64,000 bases of DNA, from positions 32,001 through 96,000 of the IMG/VR virus record IMGVR_UViG_3300009103_002144, one strand, 5' to 3'. Positions 40,711-47,990 of the stretch are shown in pieces. The notes under the pieces were generated by a model. That model made no database searches. It saw nothing but the letters and a program-made list of their open reading frames with translations, and was not told the origin of the DNA. Source of the DNA: a virus. The position numbers were made by a program, and so were the translations under genes. The stretch's first letter is position 1. Each line of letters opens with the position of its first letter.

Positions 40711-41211
40711 CTAAACAGGCGTATGAAGAAACACCTGGTGTACACATTCAACCACACCGTAAGAGTGCGAATCAACATGCATGTCAAGCTCAGCGTAGGT
40801 TGAATATTTACTCCGCATTTGATTATCATGATCAAAGCCAGTAATAATCACAAAGGGTATTCCGTTTTGTGAACAATAATGACAGCAATTAACCACATTC
40901 ATTGAATTACCAGAAGAAGAAATCAATATTACTAGAGTCGTATCCGTTACAAAATCTTGAAGAAACCTTTTGTAGGCTTCATCCATTCCAAAATCATTAA
41001 TGTAGCAAGTAAGTCTTGAAGCATCAGAAAAAGCATACGCTTTTTTTCCCAAAAGCTTTGTATAATCTTGCGCAATATGAGAACAAATTGCATTGCTACC
41101 ACCATTACCGATCATGATTACTTCAGTATAAGCGGAAAGAAGTTGCTTCAATCTATCTACTAAACTTTCGTCTATCTCATCGATCGCTTTTTGTACATCA
41201 ATTAGCTTCAT
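40711..41211 (-). CDS. gmhA: SIS-domain phosphoheptose isomerase-like protein
   Basis: IGNGGSNAICSHIAQD; ND; ISSSGNSMNVV; ITGF; YGVVECVH. Confidence 0.82.
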   Translation of the reverse strand: MKLIDVQKAIDEIDESLVDRLKQLLSAYTEVIMIGNGGSNAICSHIAQDYTKLLGKKAYAFSDASRLTCYINDFGMDEAYKRFLQDFVTDTTLVILISSSGNSMNVVNCCHYCSQNGIPFVIITGFDHDNQMRSKYSTYAELDMHVDSHSYGVVECVHQVFLHTPV

Positions 41212-41839
41212 CTTTTCTCACATAAAGTGCATCGCCCCAGCCGTGTTTTGTCATCTCTGTCATGGTTCTTTCAAAACCATACTGTGACAGAAATTCATCA
41301 AGCTCTGATATAAGCGCGCAGTCCTCATAGAGGTGCTTTTCATTAACCTCAAGATAAACATAATCCAAATACTTTAATTGTTCATACATCCCATTAAGAG
41401 CAAGAAGCTCGGCACCTTGAATATCGATATTCGCAAAGTTAAACAATGATCGATCAAAGCCCTTCTTGTCCATCATTGTATCAACGCGGAAGGCCCATGT
41501 TTGTACTTTCATGATATACTGAACATTCGGATGTTCTTTTGAATGTTCATCAAATTCTAAAAGAGAAGAAGACTCACCGTTATTTGCGATATTAAGCTCA
41601 ACCAATTTATCATCTTCATTGCAGGCTGCTCCAAAAACAACTGTTGAACCGAAATCATTGATTGTTCTATTTATCAAATGTGGGGCAATACCGATATTCG
41701 CCTCAACCCATATTATCCTATGAATTCCACAAGACTTATATCCCTCTAACTCTTCCGCCACATGCGCGCCAAGATGTAAAACACCGGTAACGGGGGTTTC
41801 ATCAAATAGCGGTTTCAGTTGCTCAAATTTTATTAACAT
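41198..41839 (-). CDS. FkbM-family methyltransferase
   Basis: VLHLGAHVAEE; VEAN; SSSLL; NIDIQGAELLALNG; YLEV; WGDALY. Confidence 0.9.
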   Translation of the reverse strand: MLIKFEQLKPLFDETPVTGVLHLGAHVAEELEGYKSCGIHRIIWVEANIGIAPHLINRTINDFGSTVVFGAACNEDDKLVELNIANNGESSSLLEFDEHSKEHPNVQYIMKVQTWAFRVDTMMDKKGFDRSLFNFANIDIQGAELLALNGMYEQLKYLDYVYLEVNEKHLYEDCALISELDEFLSQYGFERTMTEMTKHGWGDALYVRKDEAN

Positions 41840-42571
41840 CTAGTCTCCACGCTCAAGAAGAGCTCTTATCTGCATTCGCGCATTATTTTTCACATCGACA
41901 AGATCTTTGTGCAGAGCCTGCTTCTTCGAGCTATTAAAATTAGAGGCCTCATGAATTCTGTGGTCTACTAGGGCCTCGTCCAGATTAGCGAACTTTAATC
42001 CCGCAAAAACACAGCGAGACCACAGGTCATAATCTTCTACCGCATTTAGCGGGTCATAAAATCCAACAACATCAGTATGAATTGATTTTCTATATATTAC
42101 GCTACTATTACAGATTGGATTTTCTTTACGATGCAAAATAGAATGGTATATTTCAGAGTTTGTCGATGGTAAAACTGGGGCTCCGGTCTTTAAATTTTCA
42201 GACTCATCGATGTAACGCATTTGCGTTCCAATGATATCAACATCTTCGGTTATACGAGCAACTTGCTTTTCTAGTTTGGTAGAATGCCATAAATCATCAG
42301 CATCACAGATAGCTATCCACTCGCCAGTTGCATTAGCTATAGCATAATTTAGCGCGAGGCTTTTACCTTTTGTTGGAAAAAACATATTTTTCACCCCACT
42401 CTCAAGCTGGGCAACCATCGAATCAACCATAAGATGGCTGGAATCGGAAGAGCCATTATCAACAAAAACTAATTCAACTGCTGAATATGTCTGTTCAAAT
42501 AAAGACTCAATAGTTCGAAGAATATACTTTTCAGCATCTCTGTAGGGGATTATAACTGAAACTGTGGTCAT
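41840..42571 (-). CDS. Glycosyltransferase family 2
   Basis: SVIIPY; VDNGSSD; CDADDLWHSTKLEKQ; EDYDLW. Confidence 0.92.
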   Translation of the reverse strand: MTTVSVIIPYRDAEKYILRTIESLFEQTYSAVELVFVDNGSSDSSHLMVDSMVAQLESGVKNMFFPTKGKSLALNYAIANATGEWIAICDADDLWHSTKLEKQVARITEDVDIIGTQMRYIDESENLKTGAPVLPSTNSEIYHSILHRKENPICNSSVIYRKSIHTDVVGFYDPLNAVEDYDLWSRCVFAGLKFANLDEALVDHRIHEASNFNSSKKQALHKDLVDVKNNARMQIRALLERGD

Positions 42572-43323
42572 GAACGTACCTCAGCATGATTTTTATCTAA
42601 AGCTACAATCTTAGCAGGATAACCAACTTCTTGGGGGTTGTTATATTCTGCAAAACAATAAGACGGAGTCATAATCTTTAGATAACGAAGGTTCTCGGGT
42701 CTAGTCACATATTCGTTTAAGTGAGATTCATCATGCCAAACCGCGACTATTCCTCTAGAATTATCATCATCAATATTCGTAGATATCTCTTTCGACATTC
42801 GAATGAACGCCTCATAAGCTCCACCGTTAAATCCACCCGCTACATAGCATGGTCGATAGCGATGGGGAGAGATAAATGCTTTTGATTGTTGTCTAGACTC
42901 TGGTGTGCCCAGTGGGTGCTGGGGTGTTTTTCCAAGATAAAACCCGGGGTGGGCGGTGGCTACAAGACCGTATGTCTTTTGGGGCATCACTTCTTTTCCC
43001 ACTTCTTGTACTACAAGCATATCAGCGTCAGAATAAAAAAGGTACTCCGGCCTCTCTAAATTTAAGCTCTCCAATCTATCGTCCAATGTAGCAAAGTGAC
43101 GATAACGATAAAGCGTATCTCCAGGGAATCCCATTCTTTCGATATGAAAGATTTGATGACTTAATCTTGTCTCGGGAATGTATTTCTGTGCACCTTCAAT
43201 ATCATCAGTAAAAAGATAACATATTATCTCTTCATCTCTTAGAAAATTTTGAGCTATTGAAGAATAAAGCCCGGTCAAAAACTGGGTATATTTTCCGGTA
43301 GCGATTGTTAGAATGCCGATCAT
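42568..43323 (-). CDS. Glycosyltransferase family 6 (ABO / alpha-1,3-Gal(NAc) transferase-like)
   Basis: IGILTIATGKY; FTD; DADM; AHPGFY; YVAGGFNGG; AVWHDESHLN; LDKNHAEVR. Confidence 0.92.
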   Translation of the reverse strand: MIGILTIATGKYTQFLTGLYSSIAQNFLRDEEIICYLFTDDIEGAQKYIPETRLSHQIFHIERMGFPGDTLYRYRHFATLDDRLESLNLERPEYLFYSDADMLVVQEVGKEVMPQKTYGLVATAHPGFYLGKTPQHPLGTPESRQQSKAFISPHRYRPCYVAGGFNGGAYEAFIRMSKEISTNIDDDNSRGIVAVWHDESHLNEYVTRPENLRYLKIMTPSYCFAEYNNPQEVGYPAKIVALDKNHAEVRS

Positions 43324-44183
43324 TTTCGTTCCCTAAATGGTAAATCTACAACAAAATGCGCAGCATTTGGAATGTATTTAGATAATTTTGAGACGTCAAT
43401 CTCAAGCCCCTCATTCCATTTCTTAAGTAAATGCTCTGAAGATATTTCACCGCTTCGGTTTTTGTGCGTATCCTGTACTCGATTCAAGGGGTTATTAAAC
43501 AGAGAAGACTCAGTATAGCATACGCACATATCAGGAATCGCAAAAGTAAACTGTAAAGTTTGCATCGCTTCTTCGAAAGAATTCGGAGCCGTAAATTCTA
43601 AATGCTGGATCCAGCTAAGTAATTGATTTGTTCTGAATACATTACCGTCTACAGAAAACGGATAATTCCAGTCATATTGTGAATTTCTCCAGCTCCATAG
43701 AAAGTGGTTATTCTGAACGCTACCATCAGGAATTGGTTGGGTTCTATTAATTGGATAGCAGTAATTAAGGTGCATCCCCATCCGAAGGGAATATGTCAAT
43801 ATTTGTGGATTATTCATTAGAATATTCGCGCATGTATCAGTATCGAACGGTCGTCGAAACACAATATCATCGACCAGAAACAGACACAACGGACCAGCAT
43901 TTTTTAGAAACGTTAGCACCTGACCTTTGAAGTCATTATCTTCATAAAAATGAATACCGTTGGTCTTCGATTTTACTTCTTCTAAAGCCGGTAAATATTC
44001 ATCATCATAGCTATATAAAACAGTAATATCACGAATGGGATTTACATACTTCATCGATCGTAATAACGCGAACAATTGTAAGGGCCGATTTCTAGAAAAA
44101 ATACAAATACTAGTTTGCCCAGACCATCGGCAAGAGTGAACTAAAGAATGTGAATGTGCCGAATGGTCATGATCATGAGGCAT
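43320..44183 (-). CDS. Putative GT-A-fold glycosyltransferase with His-rich N-terminus
   Basis: IFSRNRPLQL..LL.S; LFLVDDIVF; YPFSVDG. Located inside the glycan locus; TAATG-coupled start. Confidence 0.6.
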   Translation of the reverse strand: MPHDHDHSAHSHSLVHSCRWSGQTSICIFSRNRPLQLFALLRSMKYVNPIRDITVLYSYDDEYLPALEEVKSKTNGIHFYEDNDFKGQVLTFLKNAGPLCLFLVDDIVFRRPFDTDTCANILMNNPQILTYSLRMGMHLNYCYPINRTQPIPDGSVQNNHFLWSWRNSQYDWNYPFSVDGNVFRTNQLLSWIQHLEFTAPNSFEEAMQTLQFTFAIPDMCVCYTESSLFNNPLNRVQDTHKNRSGEISSEHLLKKWNEGLEIDVSKLSKYIPNAAHFVVDLPFRERK

Positions 44184-45088
44184 TATCTAATCCCCTCCAC
44201 CACTTCAAGAATTCTATTACAACGATTCACGAATGTGTGTTCTTTTCTTACAAGCTCTATAATACTATTTTCAAATTCTAAATTGCGATTCTTCAAATAC
44301 TCGTTTGTTTTAATTGCGATTTGTTCGCAATCTTCTTCATAAAAGTCTTCACCACAAATCTCTTTAACCACAGGACTATTACAAAATGTCGGTTGCCCAT
44401 AAGAGATGTTCTTAAAAAGCCGGCATGGAACATATCGGTTCTCTTTTTGCCAGCCAGCCACTATTGCTGGAGCCTGATTCGATGAGCGTATTAGCTTTAT
44501 CATATTCTCTCGATCGACACCTCGATGAGCATGAACCGGGATACCCATCCTTGAGTGCATTGCCTGAGCATATTCTTGTAGTTGTTGTAGATTTCCCATT
44601 GGACCATCTGTTACAGACCCAACCCAATTTACAGCCATATTAACTTCTGGTGCAGGAACAGGATCATATATCATTTCTTCCGGAAGCAAATCAGTCGCCC
44701 AGGGCTGGTAAAGACATTTGTCATTTTCTTGCCAGTATGTAAAAGCGCTTAAACGTTCAGCTGCTCTTTCGGGAAGCAAAGTATCCTTAGTATATACCTG
44801 GAGGTTTATGTAATTATCATTTTGTCTAAATCGGATATCGTCGACGTTGTGTAAAACGTAAAAGCTGTCTTTGTTAATACTCAAAGTCTTACAATCAATC
44901 CCACATGCGATTACCAAAGAATTCTTAAGAAACGAATTCTCAACTTTTTCAGCGGTATTTTCAATCCAAACTGTCTCAAGGCCGAGTGACTCAAACGCCT
45001 TAAAAAAACAATCATGAATGTAGCTATGCGTATGAGAATGAAGTGGTAATCCCCATATAATAATTTTATCAAAAGAGCTACTTGTCAT
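44183..45088 (-). CDS. Putative GT-B-fold glycosyltransferase (Glyco_trans_1_2/CgeB-like C-terminus)
   Basis: QPWATD; WVGS; YVPCRLFKNISYG; VRKEHTFVNRCNRIL. Confidence 0.65.
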   Translation of the reverse strand: MTSSSFDKIIIWGLPLHSHTHSYIHDCFFKAFESLGLETVWIENTAEKVENSFLKNSLVIACGIDCKTLSINKDSFYVLHNVDDIRFRQNDNYINLQVYTKDTLLPERAAERLSAFTYWQENDKCLYQPWATDLLPEEMIYDPVPAPEVNMAVNWVGSVTDGPMGNLQQLQEYAQAMHSRMGIPVHAHRGVDRENMIKLIRSSNQAPAIVAGWQKENRYVPCRLFKNISYGQPTFCNSPVVKEICGEDFYEEDCEQIAIKTNEYLKNRNLEFENSIIELVRKEHTFVNRCNRILEVVEGIR

Positions 45089-45863
45089 TCTTTATATTCT
45101 CCATTATTTGTTCGTATTGCCACTCTGCCATTACAGGCGGCCTTTCACCCGCTATTAAGCCCATCGTTTTATAGAGGTGATAATACATGTCAGATATCAA
45201 TATGACAATATTCGGATTATAGTCTTCTCTAACTGTTTGTGTGTAATCGATCAATACCTCATTGATGTTAGCAAATTTTGCAAATGGCATCATTCTACAC
45301 CAAAGCTCAAAATCTTCTGCAAGGTGCCATAGATCTGAATAACCGCCAACGCGCAGCATCACCCGACGTCTAACCACGACAGAGGGATGACATATCGGAT
45401 TTTGACCGATCATGAGCATTTGCTTCATGCTATTATCTTCTACGGCATAATTTACTTTCTTTCCAAACGTCCCTATTTCCTCGACCCTACCATCGGGATC
45501 TAATGTTCTTATTTGAGTCCCGATTATATCTAAGTGAGGTTGCTCTTCGAATAGCTTCATTTGCTTTTCAAGCTTATCAGGATACCAATAGTCATCATCA
45601 TCTTGACGAGCTATAAATTCGCAATCAGAATTGTATATTCCATAATTTAAAGCAGGAACTAAGCCCTGCTCTTTGCAATGTACTATTCTTACATTCGCAG
45701 TATCAGCAAATTTGTGAGCAATATCACAACTAGAATCCGTGCTATTGTTATCGACTATTAGTGTTTCGAAATCTCGATACGTCTGGTCGGCTATGGATTT
45801 AAGTGAGGCTGCTAACGTTTTCTCCCCATTATAGACGGGTAGAATAATTGAGACTTTTGGCAT
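45078..45863 (-). CDS. Glycosyltransferase family 2
   Basis: SIILPVYNGE; VDNNSTD; ARQDDDDYWYPDKLEKQ; CHPSV; EDFELW. Confidence 0.92.
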   Translation of the reverse strand: MPKVSIILPVYNGEKTLAASLKSIADQTYRDFETLIVDNNSTDSSCDIAHKFADTANVRIVHCKEQGLVPALNYGIYNSDCEFIARQDDDDYWYPDKLEKQMKLFEEQPHLDIIGTQIRTLDPDGRVEEIGTFGKKVNYAVEDNSMKQMLMIGQNPICHPSVVVRRRVMLRVGGYSDLWHLAEDFELWCRMMPFAKFANINEVLIDYTQTVREDYNPNIVILISDMYYHLYKTMGLIAGERPPVMAEWQYEQIMENIKNDK

Positions 45864-45865
45864 CT

Positions 45866-47806
45866 TTATTTCTCATTTGACTTTTCATATGTAATAAATG
45901 TAGAAGGATGCCCTCGTTGTACAGAGATATGCGGAACTTTTTGTGAAAAATCTACCTTATTGTGAAAAATCCAACCTCCCAATTCATCGGCCAGTTTTCC
46001 CGACAATTCAACGATTTCTGATTCTGTTACTTCTGCCCACGGCTTATCAAACATCACATTATTTTCAGCTGTATCTTCTGTATCTAATCGATACATACTC
46101 TTCCAGAACTTGCCCCAATGAAGTCTATATTGTCCTATCTTATTCGCGATATTATACCACGAATAGTGGTGGACGCCTGGTAAAGACTCAATTGCTCTAT
46201 TGAACCACTCTTCATATTGCTTTCTTGCTTGCTCATTTCCAGCCAAGCCAGCCAATCTAACGCTATGGACAGACTGATCATAAAAGCCAGCATGAGGTAA
46301 TACTTCCCCAGTCTCCTTGTCGATATAGTCACAGCTGTCTGTCCCCGGGGAGGCATACTCAAAGCCGGCTTCATCAACATTCAAAAGCGCTTTTGGGATT
46401 CCCTGAGTAATGCTCGGAATATTTCTACTTAAGCGCCACTTCCAGGGATTTATATCCATCCGAACTTTTTCTGAAGACCCCCAATATTCAATGACCGGTA
46501 GTGACACTATGTTCGCATACCTTGGAAAATTCCTTAGAAGATTTCTAATTTTCTGATAATCATCTTCATGAACGACTTCATCTGCATCCATTTGCCAACA
46601 ATATTCTGATGTACATAAATCTCTAGCAGCTGCTTTTAATTTTCCATCTGACTCGTATGCAAAGCTTGGACTTTCCGGATCCACAATATTCTGGTGCACC
46701 TTTAATCGTCCATCGCCTTGTGCAGAAGCCATGAATTGCAGCTCTTCCCAGGTACCATCAGTTGAACCGCCGTCTAGTACAATAACTTCGTCACAAAATC
46801 CAAGCATTGAGCTTACAGTGGCTTTCCAAGGATACTTCATTTGAGAAGCATTACGTAGGGTAGTGTATCCACTCAGGGTTGGAGTATAATTCATAATCTG
46901 CTTTATTGCGACCCAGAATCGATCTCTAGCTGCATAGAGATATGAGAGCATCGTTAACTCATCCCCAGCGAACCACTCTTCATCTTTGTGCTGGACATTT
47001 TCATTAAGCGCCAACTTGCAACCAAGCGCCCGGGCCTCGATAACCATTCTCGGACATGTGTCCCCACCTTTTGGAAGATAAACAAAACCTTCGGAAGCAG
47101 CTAGCTTTGCTAAGAGCTGTTCGTGTGGCATACCCCACACAATTTCATAATCCAAATTATTCTTCTTACAGTGCTCTTCAGCATTATCTGCACCCTTTAT
47201 CCATGAATCAGAACCGAGGATAATCCATCCCTTGCGGTCTTCTTCGTTTGTCGTTTCTGCCAACAGGTTAATAGTCTGGAAAAACCGATCATCAAAAACA
47301 CTGCTTAAAACACACCTAGCATTTTCTTCTAAAAACGGAAATCTTTCTAGATACCTCTTTTCTTGAGCCTCACTCATCCACCAAATAGTTTTAGCTGCAT
47401 GAAAGAAAGCTGATATCATTTTTCCATGTAGCTGCTCAGAACAATCACAAGGTGAACCAGTTTCATGCTCATGTTTTTCTATCGATCGATACTGACAAAA
47501 CTTATAATCATACTCTAGAATGGAGTACTGAATATTACCAATTATGGAAGGGATTAGGTCAGGTTTAAGAGATGAAAAATTCCCAAAGACCCAGTGCTTT
47601 TCAACACCATCTCTGAGAAGATCCATAGTGACTTTATTTGCATGTAGCTTCTGAATATTCAAATCAGTAGCTGAGGTGATCAAAGCTTCGGTGGTCATTT
47701 CAGCTCCACCAGCATAATCTTCAACAAAAAAATCTGCTACAAATATAACATCCGCAGCTGGGTCTAGTTGGACCGCCTGCGGAGTATCAAAGGGACTACC
47801 AAACAT
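45866..47806 (-). CDS. Two-domain glycosyltransferase fusion (N-terminal GT-B-like + C-terminal GT2-like)
   Basis: N-half: GGAE...KG...DTCPRMVIEARALGC. C-half: DEVIVLDGGSTDGT...WQMDADE...HHYSW. AGGAG RBS 7 nt before ATG 47806. Confidence 0.82.
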   Translation of the reverse strand: MFGSPFDTPQAVQLDPAADVIFVADFFVEDYAGGAEMTTEALITSATDLNIQKLHANKVTMDLLRDGVEKHWVFGNFSSLKPDLIPSIIGNIQYSILEYDYKFCQYRSIEKHEHETGSPCDCSEQLHGKMISAFFHAAKTIWWMSEAQEKRYLERFPFLEENARCVLSSVFDDRFFQTINLLAETTNEEDRKGWIILGSDSWIKGADNAEEHCKKNNLDYEIVWGMPHEQLLAKLAASEGFVYLPKGGDTCPRMVIEARALGCKLALNENVQHKDEEWFAGDELTMLSYLYAARDRFWVAIKQIMNYTPTLSGYTTLRNASQMKYPWKATVSSMLGFCDEVIVLDGGSTDGTWEELQFMASAQGDGRLKVHQNIVDPESPSFAYESDGKLKAAARDLCTSEYCWQMDADEVVHEDDYQKIRNLLRNFPRYANIVSLPVIEYWGSSEKVRMDINPWKWRLSRNIPSITQGIPKALLNVDEAGFEYASPGTDSCDYIDKETGEVLPHAGFYDQSVHSVRLAGLAGNEQARKQYEEWFNRAIESLPGVHHYSWYNIANKIGQYRLHWGKFWKSMYRLDTEDTAENNVMFDKPWAEVTESEIVELSGKLADELGGWIFHNKVDFSQKVPHISVQRGHPSTFITYEKSNEK

Positions 47807-47827
47807 CAAAACACTCCTGCTGATGCA

Positions 47828-47855
47828 ATAATAAGCCCTCTTGATCGACTGTAAA
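47828..47855 (-). promoter_or_regulatory. Sigma70-like promoter for the glycan locus (TTTACA-N16-TATTAT)
   Basis: -35-like box at 47850-47855 and -10-like box at 47828-47833, upstream of the RBS of the first GT gene. Confidence 0.45.
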
Positions 47856-47990
47856 GAAAGAAAAATCAGTTTTTTTAGTGTACAAATTTTACAGCGACTG
47901 TATATTAATTCTGAATTCAGTTCTTCAGTAACTAATCAAATATTCTAACTTATCTAATTTATAGATTTATTAATTAAATTAATTCAGTAA
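47856..47990. other. Very AT-rich non-coding segment with short palindromes
   Basis: Part of the longest intergenic gap in the window. Contains CTGAATTCAG, TTAATTAA, TACAG-CGA-CTGTA and three TTCAGT copies. Confidence 0.6.

Noticed and set aside
25498-47806. DNA hypermodification as the main role of the GT locus
   Set aside because: No hydroxymethylase, thymidylate-synthase-like or DNA-MTase gene is recognisable here, and the GT number implies a complex oligosaccharide. It is not excluded for individual enzymes.
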